Positions 1 to 9,245 of a stretch of DNA of 64,000 nt are shown piece by piece; positions within the stretch are counted from its first letter, which is position 1; each line of letters opens with the position of its first letter. The stretch is from IMG/VR virus record IMGVR_UViG_3300049927_000072, positions 11,885 to 75,884 of that record. The stretch is one strand, 5' to 3'. Origin of the DNA: a virus. The position numbers and the translations under genes were made by a program. The notes below the pieces were generated by a model. That model was not told the origin of the DNA. It worked only from the letters and a program-made list of their open reading frames with translations, and did not search any database.

Positions 1-56
1 TGATGTCGAGCACGACAAGCCCGACGAACACGGCGATCCATGATGTGAGATGAAAA

Positions 57-272
57 TTATTTAGCATCGCGGATCGCCTTTGCTACCGCCGCGGGGTCTT
101 CTTGCACGAGATACATCCCCCCGGACGTGCGTATCTGCGTGGCGTTCGGCTGCTTCGAATTATATGACAGTGACACGTCGGCGACTTGCGATGGCGCGAT
201 GTAGACCGGCCTGCCCGCCATGTCGGTGAACTGCAACAGCGCGATGAAGAGGAACGGCAGAAATTTTTTCAT
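57..272 (-). CDS. small FlbD-like protein
   Basis: LQFTDMAGRPVYIAPSQV...TQIRTSGGMYLVQEDPAAV resembles the FlbD/SwrD-type pattern; overlaps its neighbour by 4 nt. Confidence 0.45.
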   Translation of the reverse strand: MKKFLPFLFIALLQFTDMAGRPVYIAPSQVADVSLSYNSKQPNATQIRTSGGMYLVQEDPAAVAKAIRDAK

Positions 273-514
273 GTGAGCGCCACCATTAGTGCATCAAAGT
301 CGGACCACTCTAATGGGGCGTAAAAGTAGATAACCGAGCCACACGAAACCACTCTGCGTTTTGTGTAGTGGTGGCGCGTGTGCGTTTCGCTCACCTTGTC
401 AACCAGACCGGAGTAGACGCTCACCGTGCCGTTATACTTGACAGGGAATGCGTCGCTGCCGCAGTCCGTCATCCCGATCCCGTGGCAAGGGCCGCCAATG
501 CAGCGGATTGTCAT
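269..514 (-). CDS. hypothetical protein
   Basis: ATGA-type overlaps with both neighbours; IGGPCHG motif common in small phage proteins. Confidence 0.6.
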   Translation of the reverse strand: MTIRCIGGPCHGIGMTDCGSDAFPVKYNGTVSVYSGLVDKVSETHTRHHYTKRRVVSCGSVIYFYAPLEWSDFDALMVALT

Positions 515-924
515 GGCGTCACCAAAAGGTTTGTCAGCTTCGGCCGCCGCGTGCGGATGTAAGCTCCAATCAATAAGAAGGCGAACATCTGAACAGTGTA
601 AGCCTTGAATTCGGCGGACGGGTCGCGCTCACCCATCGACACGCACAGAAGATCGAACACGTGCGTAGCCTCGTGCACGAGCAATGCGAATATGGCGAGC
701 GGCGAACTTTTGAGATCGTCCGCCCCAATAAACACGAGCGCGAGCTTTTCGTCATCGCCGCGAGCTAATTCCATCGTGGTGCCGTCCGTCTTCGGGTACG
801 GCGGTGGATTTTGTATGCCAAGCTTTTTAACCGCGCGCTTGTACGCGCGTTCGTTGGGGCAAAACCCATAGGTGAACGGAAAGCAACCGCCGTGATTGTT
901 GAGCCAGACCACTTTGTCGGTCAT
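511..924 (-). CDS. HExxH metallopeptidase-like protein
   Basis: LLVHEATH followed by EFKAY; start moved to MTDKVV (ATG at 924) after a GAGGAAGG-like RBS. Confidence 0.55.
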   Translation of the reverse strand: MTDKVVWLNNHGGCFPFTYGFCPNERAYKRAVKKLGIQNPPPYPKTDGTTMELARGDDEKLALVFIGADDLKSSPLAIFALLVHEATHVFDLLCVSMGERDPSAEFKAYTVQMFAFLLIGAYIRTRRPKLTNLLVTP

Positions 925-1424
925 CGCTTCGCCTTCCTCTGTTTTGGAGGGTACCGAAGCGCGACGGCGTGGATTGGCGCGCGGCAGTGAATATCCCAGT
1001 CGCAAACAATTCGGGCGGCCTCATAGGCTGTCTTGCCCGCTGCCATCGCGCCTATAGCGATCTCTGCGCCTGTCCCGACCGCAGCAAATCCGCGATTGAA
1101 AACACATACGCCAATCTCCGCGTCTTTCTTATCCGGGGTATCGGACGTGGCGACCGTGAAAATGTGGCCGTTCGGCAGCACGAGCAAGCCGGTCCAGTCG
1201 AGCCGCAACTCTTGCAGCTTCGAACGCAACGGCAAATCTTTCTCGTGCTTTACGTTCTCTAGCAACAATTCCACGTCGCGGCTGTCGCCTTCGCCAGCGC
1301 CGCCGAGCAACGCGCCCGACTTGAGACGCCGGATTTTCGTCAGAGAGATTTCCTGCAACCCTTCCGACGTGGCCCAACAACTGTCGCAGGCCATGATGCC
1401 GTGTCGGTACGTGATAACCGTCAT
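921..1424 (-). CDS. Ntn-hydrolase (HslV/proteasome beta-like) peptidase
   Basis: N-terminal MT..., ACDS, GGAG, AVGTGAEIAIGAMAAG and final D..C motifs; GGGGG RBS. Confidence 0.7.
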   Translation of the reverse strand: MTVITYRHGIMACDSCWATSEGLQEISLTKIRRLKSGALLGGAGEGDSRDVELLLENVKHEKDLPLRSKLQELRLDWTGLLVLPNGHIFTVATSDTPDKKDAEIGVCVFNRGFAAVGTGAEIAIGAMAAGKTAYEAARIVCDWDIHCRAPIHAVALRYPPKQRKAKR

Positions 1425-1618
1425 CCCCCGTCCCCTGTCACTTTACCAATTTGGATAGAAGCCGCCACTCCACAAAACAAACTGCACGGCGATCAGGGCG
1501 GCAAGGTTGATCAAATGACTGCGCAGCGTGCTTGCGTAAACCGCGCCGTTCATCTGCCATAGCTCATAGAACACGCCGAGAGCGAAGACCGCGAGTATCG
1601 TGTATTGCTGCCAGTGCA

Positions 1619-1813
1619 TCACGTTGCCTTCGGAAGCGCGCGGATGTTTTCGAGCACCCCTTGCAGAAATCCGAGCACGAAGCTTTGGGAAGGCCCGTCA
1701 CTGTCGCCGTTCTCATTGACAAGAAACACGGTGCGCTCAACAACGGCAGGAAGGTGCATGCCTGCCGCGTACGCATCCTGACCTTCCCGGAATAGTGGTC
1801 CGTCGATTACCAT
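1619..1813 (-). CDS. hypothetical protein
   Basis: coupled to the upstream ORF; in the gene-dense minus-strand arm. Confidence 0.45.
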   Translation of the reverse strand: MVIDGPLFREGQDAYAAGMHLPAVVERTVFLVNENGDSDGPSQSFVLGFLQGVLENIRALPKAT

Positions 1814-2160
1814 TATACTGGTCCTGTCGGTTGACCGAAACCGTGGATTTCTAGCGTGTCATTCGTCGGCATGATCTCGCGGCGCGGCGCGCCGTGAATT
1901 TCCATCGCGGCGACCGCGAGCGCACCAACCTTGCGTACACTTTCGAGTGTCCGCGCATCGCACGCTGGCGACCGATCGGTCGAGCTAGTGAGGATCGCGC
2001 GATCAAGATACACTTTCATGTAGAGCAGGTACGCAGCAAGCTCGTGCTCTGCATTCGTATCTCCGGGATTTGTTCCGCCAGCGCTCTCGCGCAATGCGTC
2101 CTGATAGTTTCGCTCGCTACTCAATGCGGCGAATACTTCCTCACGTGTTGCTTTCGGCAT
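1813..2160 (-). CDS. MazG-like nucleotide pyrophosphohydrolase
   Basis: ERNYQD...HELAAYL...VRKVGALAVAAME helical pattern; start at MPKATREE. Confidence 0.55.
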   Translation of the reverse strand: MPKATREEVFAALSSERNYQDALRESAGGTNPGDTNAEHELAAYLLYMKVYLDRAILTSSTDRSPACDARTLESVRKVGALAVAAMEIHGAPRREIMPTNDTLEIHGFGQPTGPV

Positions 2161-2458
2161 TTGCTGTCTCCCATGTTCGCCAGTCGAGGCGCACAACGCC
2201 CCATGCTTGACCATGTTTCATAACTTTGATTTCGGTGCCTGCATCCATGAGCGGCGCAAGCTCTGCGGCGAGACCGCGCGGCACGTGGCCGATGATGCGG
2301 TTGCCCCAGTTAATTGCGATGGCGTTCTTGTCGTATTTGTTCTCCGGCTGGCGTCGCAGGATCAGCGGACTACCGTTACGCAGTCTGCCGATCAGATTGC
2401 CAGCGCCCGGGTAAAAGGTGCTGCCAACAATGCTTGCGATGCGCAGATGTTCAGCCAT
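2141..2458 (-). CDS. HIRAN domain protein
   Basis: IVGSTFY...LRRQPENKYDKNAIAI...IGHVPRGLAAELAPLMDAG is the HIRAN signature. Confidence 0.85.
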   Translation of the reverse strand: MAEHLRIASIVGSTFYPGAGNLIGRLRNGSPLILRRQPENKYDKNAIAINWGNRIIGHVPRGLAAELAPLMDAGTEIKVMKHGQAWGVVRLDWRTWETANAESNT

Positions 2459-2669
2459 TTGGAGGGCTCTGCTCGACCACTGGCTTCTTGGTCGGCCATG
2501 TTTCGGTGATGAACAGCGCCGAGCTTGTGGTGATCCACAAAGTGATCTCGCTGCCCGGGAAAAGAACTCCCTCTGGGCCGCCGCTCGAAAGGCAGGTGCC
2601 GCGATAATTCACATCGCCGTTGCTGTCTGCCTCGTTTCGAATGGTGATTTTCGTTGTCATATCAGGCAC
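2451..2669 (-). CDS. hypothetical protein
   Basis: AAGGGG RBS upstream; overlaps the HIRAN start. Confidence 0.5.
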   Translation of the reverse strand: MPDMTTKITIRNEADSNGDVNYRGTCLSSGGPEGVLFPGSEITLWITTSSALFITETWPTKKPVVEQSPPNG

Positions 2670-2840
2670 ATCCCTTTTCTATCTGTAGTGCCCGACCGTG
2701 CGCGGCAGGCCGGGTGGAGTGCCGCGCACGGTCAAGCTATCAGGCGGGGAGACCGCCAGATAAATTTAGAGGCGCGCTGTGCGTAACGTCGAGATCGTAC
2801 TGTCGCCGAAGCAACAAATATCGCGACCGCCTCTAACTCA
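2670..2840 (-). ncRNA. candidate structured RNA (intergenic)
   Basis: 14-bp inverted repeat 2694-2707/2720-2733 extended by G-U pairs on the minus strand; UGUUGC-UUCG-GCGACA hairpin; closing stem TTAGAGGCG/CGCCTCTAA. Confidence 0.45.
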
Positions 2841-2878
2841 GTGTGATGAAAAACCCCCCGAAGGACTTTTCCCCGTAA

Positions 2879-3349
2879 TTAGGCCGTCGGATCGAACTCT
2901 TCCGCCGGGACCGCTTCATTTTCAGTTTGACCGCCGACGCCCGCGAGCGCTGTGTTGCACGCTTCGGCAACCTTGTCATAGTCGGCTGGCTTGACCTGAG
3001 AGATTTGCTGCACGCTGGCCTCTTCTTCGAGGATCGCAGACGCTTCCTGCTTTCCGAGCGCATCATTGGTAGCAACCGCACGAATTAGATTTCGCACTTG
3101 TTCGTAGCTGTACTTGCCGACCTTTGCCGGTGGCGGCGCGGCTGGCTTCGCAACCGTTGGCTTGGCAGCCGTGGGTCTCGCGGCCGAAGTGGCCGCAGGC
3201 TTCGTCGTCGCTGGCTTGGTAGTTTGTGCCGTGCTCGCGGCAGTGGCGACAGTCTTCGCAGCACCCGCGACGGCAGCTTTCGCTACGCCGTGTACCGCGG
3301 CAATCCCGTGCGCCGCTGCAATAAGAACTTCTGCTAACTTGTCAGACAT
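2879..3349 (-). CDS. Ala/Pro-rich protein with C-terminal phage helical domain (often mislabelled RRP5-like)
   Basis: EQVRNLI...GKQEASAILEE...ISQVKPADYDKV; GGGGG RBS and a TTGACG -35 box upstream. Confidence 0.6.
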   Translation of the reverse strand: MSDKLAEVLIAAAHGIAAVHGVAKAAVAGAAKTVATAASTAQTTKPATTKPAATSAARPTAAKPTVAKPAAPPPAKVGKYSYEQVRNLIRAVATNDALGKQEASAILEEEASVQQISQVKPADYDKVAEACNTALAGVGGQTENEAVPAEEFDPTA

Positions 3350-3431
3350 TACGTCCCCCCGTTTGGTATTCAGTCAGTGATTGGTGGTAGCAAAACTAAA
3401 TTCGTTTCGTCAAGCATCCTCGAAATATTTT

Positions 3432-3761
3432 TTATCTTTGTTCGGTACAATTTCGGCAGACCGTGGCGAACCAAGGAGAGCACGGATAGCTCACGTCCCT
3501 ATGACAGAATATACACCGCGTCAGTTTTAATTCGGGCGTCGGCCCTTTGAAGCGCAGCGGTGTATCATACAGCGTGCAAAAGTTGCTGCCCAGTGAACCG
3601 GGATGCTCCACAACGCCCTCTTGTCGCATATCCAGTTTCAGGTGCTCGAATGCGCGGCACGCTGTTGCGTGATCCCGAAATGTGATCTCGACGCTGAGGC
3701 CCTCCGCCGGGATGTTGCGTTCGGCGAGCCAGTACCGCAACGCGTACATCATGTCTTTCAT
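3432..3761 (-). CDS. hypothetical protein with C-terminal Cys cluster
   Basis: CIFC...C...CRNC; coupled to the upstream gene. Confidence 0.55.
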   Translation of the reverse strand: MKDMMYALRYWLAERNIPAEGLSVEITFRDHATACRAFEHLKLDMRQEGVVEHPGSLGSNFCTLYDTPLRFKGPTPELKLTRCIFCHRDVSYPCSPWFATVCRNCTEQR

Positions 3762-4099
3762 GATCTCTGCCTCTTTCGAAGCGCGCGCCGTCGCGTCTTG
3801 AGGCCCTTCTGAAATCGTATCACACGATCTTCGAGGTTATTCAGAATTTCGCGTGCTTCAAATCGAAATGCGAACTGCCGCTCCGGCCCGTTATTGTGGA
3901 AAGCTAAGTTCGCCTTTGCGACATAGTCATCTCGCCATGTTCTATGGCCCTGCGTACCGCTATAATGCAGTCGAGCCTCTCTGAAATTTTCCCACCAGCG
4001 GCAGCCTGCGCAGACGTGCAAAAGTTTTCCGGCTTTGCTCAATGTCGCGACGTAGCGATAGCCGCGCAAGTTACTGCGGATTTGAAGTTTGTATGTCAT
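3758..4099 (-). CDS. hypothetical protein
   Basis: start at MTYKLQ; AGCRWW.NFREARLHY motif. Confidence 0.55.
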   Translation of the reverse strand: MTYKLQIRSNLRGYRYVATLSKAGKLLHVCAGCRWWENFREARLHYSGTQGHRTWRDDYVAKANLAFHNNGPERQFAFRFEAREILNNLEDRVIRFQKGLKTRRRALRKRQRS

Positions 4100-4480
4100 T
4101 TTATCAACGCCGCCGATAGCAGCGCGCTCGCAAGAACAAACTGCCCGACCAGAAGATCGACAATCACCCAAAGAGGCACCGCCTCATGAATTGTGGGTGT
4201 CGCGGTCCACAGCAAAACCACAAGGGCGACCGCCATCACAATGCCATGCGCCAAGATATTTCGCCTGCGATTTGTCATCGGCAAAACATCGCTTGCATCA
4301 GTATCCCAACTAAGAATGCCGCATAAGAAAATGCGAACACAACTGGGATTAAACTAGCATAGCGCGACGGCACCCAGAGCCAAGGCCAAAACGATAACAG
4401 CGTCTCAATGCTGCCGTAGCGGTGCGCTAACCAATCCTGATAGCGACTTGAGCTTGGGTCTCTTTCGCCGTCGCGTAAGA

Positions 4481-4921
4481 TCATATGCCCTCTCCATCGG
4501 TCTTCCATCGCGGCTCGCCGTGCTTCAGGTAGTTGTCAATCGCGCGGGCGGCCTGCTTTGGCGTGACCTTATTATAGTTCATAATGTTGTCAGGATAGAA
4601 GAGCAAATGTGCATGCTCGAAAAAACTCGGGCGCAGAGTTTGCTTTAGTCGCCCTTCGACCCACCCGCCGATGCAACACACCGCGCCGCAACCGTCACGT
4701 GAGGCCCAGTAGCCCATATTGAAATAGCGCGTAAAAGACAGTCGCGTCTTTATCCTGAGACCTCTTGTCCAGCCCTGAAAAGACGGGGTGTGCTTGATTG
4801 TGCCGCGGCGAAGATTGTCGCGCAGCCATCGGAGCGCGTTAATTTCTTTTTTGGTCAGTTTGAATGGCGTGCTCATGTCGTCTACCTTTTGCTTGCCGCC
4901 CAAAATATCGCGCCGAGACAA
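4481..4921 (-). CDS. hypothetical protein
   Basis: FNMGYW..CGAVCCIGGW...LFYP...VTPKQAARAIDNYL pattern seen in alphaproteobacterial phage proteins; start may be 4876. Confidence 0.6.
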   Translation of the reverse strand: MSRRDILGGKQKVDDMSTPFKLTKKEINALRWLRDNLRRGTIKHTPSFQGWTRGLRIKTRLSFTRYFNMGYWASRDGCGAVCCIGGWVEGRLKQTLRPSFFEHAHLLFYPDNIMNYNKVTPKQAARAIDNYLKHGEPRWKTDGEGI

Positions 4922-5505
4922 GCCAACATAGTCAACGGCACGAGCCCGGGGAAATGGATTATTGGCATTTCAGGTTGCACGACCAGAAACGCGGTCGACA
5001 GCGCCACGAGCGCCACGAGCCCGCAGACGATAATCACAATCCTGTTCATCGACCTTGCTCCGCTTCTGCACCATCGGCGAGCGCAACTATCCGCGCAGCT
5101 TCCTGAAGATTAAAGGCACGCGCGCGGCATGTCAGGGCGTCTTCGCGCGCTTTCGCACACAGCAGTGCGTGTTCGTCGGCTTTCTGGTCATGACACTGGG
5201 CTTGGAACAATTGAAGCTCGCGCACGAGCCAAAGCGTTTCACGAATACGAGTGCTCATGATGGCTGCGCCTTTATGAGATCGTCCAACATTTTCATGCGG
5301 ATGCGCGTGAGAACTATTTGTCGAAACTTTTTTGCCGTGAGGACTTTACCATTGTACTCAATCTCGTCGCCCAAGAACGTCGGCGGCTTGGTACCGCGCG
5401 TCAAGATGCGGCTGCACGCAATCTGATCGGAAATTTGGTCGAACGTCATGATCGTTGCGAAGTCGCGCATGGGTGAACGTAGCCCCTCGTGACGCCGCGG
5501 CTTTC

Positions 5506-5871
5506 TCATAACCCTAGCCGCTTTGCAACATCGCGCGCACAAATATAATCGTAAAGCGCCGCGCATTTGCTCTTGCCGTGTTTCTTTTCGAACTCAGTGA
5601 GGGCGAGCCGACCGCGAATGCGCTCCATCTGGCTTTGTGAGCACGCTTGCGCCGACAATTTATCAAACTCGGTGTACTCGTGCCACTTGAATGGCAGAAG
5701 TTTTGCACTGAGTACGAGCAGCGGTCCGGCATGTTTGATGCCAGTTAGGTTATCCACCATCTCGCGACGAATGCCGGTGACCTGCGTCATTGCGAACGAG
5801 CCGCGAGGTTTAGCCTTTACCCGGGTACGCTTTATAACGTTCTTTGTCGATCTCGGATGTCGGTGTGTCAT
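5506..5871 (-). CDS. hypothetical protein
   Basis: coupled ORF in the minus-strand arm. Confidence 0.5.
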   Translation of the reverse strand: MTHRHPRSTKNVIKRTRVKAKPRGSFAMTQVTGIRREMVDNLTGIKHAGPLLVLSAKLLPFKWHEYTEFDKLSAQACSQSQMERIRGRLALTEFEKKHGKSKCAALYDYICARDVAKRLGL

Positions 5872-6407
5872 CCGAACGCCCCAAAGGCGGCAGAAAAAGG
5901 TGGCGCGGGAAAACTACCACTCCCTGAGCCTGCGGAGCTAGTGCCGCCACCGTTGTCAGGTGACGGCGGAGGGCTTCCATGTCCGCCGCCAGAATGGTGT
6001 GAGCTTCCTCCGTGCTTATGATTGTCAGGCTTGCTCCGGTGTAATGCTCCTGATTTCTTGTGAGTTTTTTTATGCAGTAGCGCTGCAAACTTCTTCGGTA
6101 CCGGAAGCGGCGCAACCGCCGGATCAGATTTTGGAGCATCGTCGGTCACCTGTGAACAGTTTGCGCCCGCACGCATCGCATCATAGCGGCCGGGTGTGTC
6201 GCAGCGACTTTCATCGTCGTCTGCAATTTTCGTTTCGATTTGTTTGATTGCTGGCAAGACACCGTGACTGATTTCGTACCGCACGCTCGGGAGCGGGTTC
6301 GGTGTTGCGACATGTTTGTTCTGCGGCATGCTGTATAAGACAGCGATGACGAGCACGGCCCAACAGGCGAACAAGAAAGTGAGAGACTTCCAGTTGTGTG
6401 TCTGCAT
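5868..6407 (-). CDS. membrane-anchored protein with Gly/Ser/His/Pro-rich tail
   Basis: start MQTHNW just after a TTGACA-N17-TAGACC promoter; N-terminal hydrophobic helix; low-complexity C-terminus. Confidence 0.55.
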   Translation of the reverse strand: MQTHNWKSLTFLFACWAVLVIAVLYSMPQNKHVATPNPLPSVRYEISHGVLPAIKQIETKIADDDESRCDTPGRYDAMRAGANCSQVTDDAPKSDPAVAPLPVPKKFAALLHKKTHKKSGALHRSKPDNHKHGGSSHHSGGGHGSPPPSPDNGGGTSSAGSGSGSFPAPPFSAAFGAFG

Positions 6408-6409
6408 GA

Positions 6410-6480
6410 GGACAGGGTCTACGGAAAAGTCGGCAGCACTGTCAAGTCTTGCTAAAAAAAAATTCTTCGCGTACAGGTGC
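6410..6480. promoter_or_regulatory. divergent sigma70-type promoters
   Basis: minus strand TTGACA-N17-TAGACC; plus strand TTGCTA-N17-TACAGG; back-to-back at the strand switch. Confidence 0.55.
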
Positions 6481-6506
6481 ATTTCGATTTCAGTCCGGGG
6501 GGACAC

Positions 6507-8747
6507 ATGACATCACTCGATATCGCGCTCGACTTTCTCGATCTCAATCCCGACTGCTACATATTCCCTATCAAGGCCAAAAAGAAAACGCCACCGCTGA
6601 TCAAGGATAACCTTAACGCGGCGAGCAACGATACCGATCAAATCAAAGTCTGGTCCGCCAAGTGGCCCAATTGCTCATGGGGCCTCGCGCTCAAAAAGTC
6701 TAAGCGCCTCGTCGTCGACATTGACCGCAGGCCCGGCAACGTCGGGCAAGATACCTACAATATGCACGATCTTGAGTACGGCTGGCCTGAAACGATGCGC
6801 GTCAAGACGCCATCGGGCGGTTACCATCTGCATTACGCTGGCGAGCACGTGTTCGCGCTCGGCAAGGACGGCTTCGGTCTCGACATCGATAGTCCGAACT
6901 ATGTTTTGCTGCCCGGCTGCGAATTGGAAGACGGCACCAAATACGAAGAGGAAGGCGCAATGCAAGTTGTGCCTGCGCCACAGTGGTTTTATGACTTATT
7001 GGGCGCGCCGCGCGAGCGCGACGCAAACGAAACCGCGCTCGCCGTTGTCGATCTCGATCAAGCACACAACGTCGAATGGGCTATCCACTATCTCAAGAAC
7101 GACGCGCCGCCCGCGATTGAAGGTCAAGGCGGCGAGAGCACAACGCTCAAAGTCGCAATGACGCTACGTGACCACGGGATCAGCGAAGAGCGTGCGCTCG
7201 AATTGATGTCGGACCATTACAATATTCTCGGCATCTGCGATCCGCTTTGGGATATTGACGGCGATCACGGTCTGGCGAAGAAAGTCGCGAACGCTTATGC
7301 GTATGCCAATTTGAAAGCGCCGGGCGCATCGACCGCCGAAGCCGATTTTGCTGACAGCCCGTACATTGGCACGCTGCCGGAATTGAAGCCCGCAGTTGCT
7401 GAAGTCATCGCCGACGACAAGAAAGCGCGCGACAAGGTCAAAGGCCGCAAGCCTGAAAAGCGCTACACCCCTGCGATGCTCGCCGACGAGTGGGTCTACA
7501 TCGCACAGCAAGAACAATTCGTGCGCAGGAAAGACAGTTTCACGCTGTCTACCAAGGCTTTTAACGCGCGTTACGCTTACACGACGAAGCAAGGGCCGAT
7601 CAGCACCAAATTGCTCAAGAGCAATGCCAATTCGATCCGCAAATTCGACAGCTATTGCTACGAGCCGGGTTCGGGCGAGCTTGAATGCGCCAGCTACAAC
7701 TTGTATCGGCCGGGGGCTATCGTGCCGACCGCGGGCGATACATCGACTTGGAACGAGCATCTAGCGTTCCTGTTCCCGGACGAAGCTGATCGGGCGCATG
7801 TGCTCAATTGGCTTGCGTGGGTCTACCAAAACCCGGGCAAGAAACCCAAGCACATGCTGATTATACAGGGCGAACAGCAAGGAACCGGGAAAAGCTTTAT
7901 CGGCGACGTGTTCGGCGCGATCCTCGGCCACCACAACGTCACGCAATTGCGCGACGAGATCACGAAAAGCTCGTTCAACGGATGGGCCAAGCACACCAAG
8001 CTGATCGTGATCGAGGAAGTGCGTCAGGCAGGCCGCAATGACGTTGCCAGAGCCCTGCACGACATGATCACGCAGGAATGGATCACGATCAATGAAAAGA
8101 ACGTGCCGCACTTCCGGATGCGCGATTATATCGCGTGGCTTGGCTTCACAAACCGCGACGACGCGATGTCGATGGATGACAGCGACCGTCGCTACCTCGT
8201 AGTCCGGACGCCAGCCGAGCGCAAGGACACAGGGTACTACGTCGATCTCTACGCGACGCTCGAAGACAAAGCCGCGCTGGCCGCTATCGCCGCGCAACTC
8301 GGGTCGCGCGATCTCGGGGCCTATAATGGTCAAGCGCGAGCGCCCCTCACTAATGCCAAGCAGGACATGATCGAGGCCGGGCATGGTGATCTTGAGACGT
8401 GGTTCAAGGACAATCTCGGTGTGCCGCCGCTGTCATGGAAACTAGTCACCGTCGGCGACGTGATAGCAAATTTGCCGACCTATGTCACGCGCGGCAACGG
8501 CGGCATCCGGCTGCAAAAGCGGATCATGGAATGCCTCAAAAGGTTCGCCAAGGGTCAGACATGGCCAGATCAATGTCGACTTTCGAATGGAGAAAAGGTG
8601 CGTTTATGGGCACTTAGCGGATCGTTTTCCATCCTAAATAACGTCGATCCGCGCGAGCGGGCGAAGGTGTACGAAGCGCAACGCGACCGCTCGAAAGCGC
8701 AGGAAGTCACTGCGGCCGTTGACGATTTCGGCAACGAAGCCGAGTAG
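6507..8747 (+). CDS. bifunctional primase-polymerase fused to a P-loop NTPase/helicase (DUF5906-like)
   Basis: Prim-Pol motifs VVDID and TPSGGYHLHY; PPAIEGQGG PriCT-like region; Walker A GEQQGTGKS, Walker B IVIEE, DSDRRY; GGGGGG RBS before ATG 6507. Confidence 0.9.
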   Translation: MTSLDIALDFLDLNPDCYIFPIKAKKKTPPLIKDNLNAASNDTDQIKVWSAKWPNCSWGLALKKSKRLVVDIDRRPGNVGQDTYNMHDLEYGWPETMRVKTPSGGYHLHYAGEHVFALGKDGFGLDIDSPNYVLLPGCELEDGTKYEEEGAMQVVPAPQWFYDLLGAPRERDANETALAVVDLDQAHNVEWAIHYLKNDAPPAIEGQGGESTTLKVAMTLRDHGISEERALELMSDHYNILGICDPLWDIDGDHGLAKKVANAYAYANLKAPGASTAEADFADSPYIGTLPELKPAVAEVIADDKKARDKVKGRKPEKRYTPAMLADEWVYIAQQEQFVRRKDSFTLSTKAFNARYAYTTKQGPISTKLLKSNANSIRKFDSYCYEPGSGELECASYNLYRPGAIVPTAGDTSTWNEHLAFLFPDEADRAHVLNWLAWVYQNPGKKPKHMLIIQGEQQGTGKSFIGDVFGAILGHHNVTQLRDEITKSSFNGWAKHTKLIVIEEVRQAGRNDVARALHDMITQEWITINEKNVPHFRMRDYIAWLGFTNRDDAMSMDDSDRRYLVVRTPAERKDTGYYVDLYATLEDKAALAAIAAQLGSRDLGAYNGQARAPLTNAKQDMIEAGHGDLETWFKDNLGVPPLSWKLVTVGDVIANLPTYVTRGNGGIRLQKRIMECLKRFAKGQTWPDQCRLSNGEKVRLWALSGSFSILNNVDPRERAKVYEAQRDRSKAQEVTAAVDDFGNEAE

Positions 8748-8761
8748 GCGGGGCGCAGGCT

Positions 8762-8930
8762 TGCCTCAGTCTGCCTCGGTCCTGCCTCAGATGTAGTGAG
8801 GCACATATCATCCTACTCTCACAGTCACTTTAGTGCCCTTGCCTCAGTGCCTCAGTATTATTTAACTCTTTAAGAGAGAAAGATAGTATTAGCAATGTCC
8901 GACGTACTGAGGCACGAGGCAGTGAGGCAG
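8762..8930. repeat. TGCCTCAG iteron-like repeats flanking an AT-rich core (putative replication origin)
   Basis: TGCCTC(A/G)G at 8762, 8772, 8783, 8840, 8848; inverted (C/T)GAGGCA at 8797, 8908, 8915, 8923; AT-rich stretch 8856-8892. Confidence 0.7.
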
Positions 8931-9009
8931 ACGCGCCCCTGTAAGTGATGGTCGGGCTACCGCCTTGAAAATGCGGTCTTTTGGGCGCGTTTTTTAATTT
9001 TCGCTTTGC

Positions 9010-9245
9010 AAAATACGCGCACGTACCAAGGGTTTCTTGCATTCGAACGCGAGAAGTGCCTGTGCCGCAGCGACTTTCTTCATTGCACCAAAAGTGCCCA
9101 TTTTATAAGGGTTTCTTGCTGTTGCAGCGCAACTAATCGCACTGCCGCAGTGCTTTTCGAGCATATACAAGAAGTCCCTGTGCCGCAAGGGCTTTCTGCA
9201 TTAAGCACTGCTAAGTGACGCCTAGAACCGCAGCCACTTCTGCAT
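9010..9245. repeat. degenerate ~40-bp tandem array
   Basis: AAGTGCCTGTGCCGCAGCGACTT (9054), AAGTGCCCATTTTATAAGGGTTT (9092), AAGTCCCTGTGCCGCAAGGGCTT (9172); AAGGGTTTCTTGC occurs twice. Confidence 0.55.
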
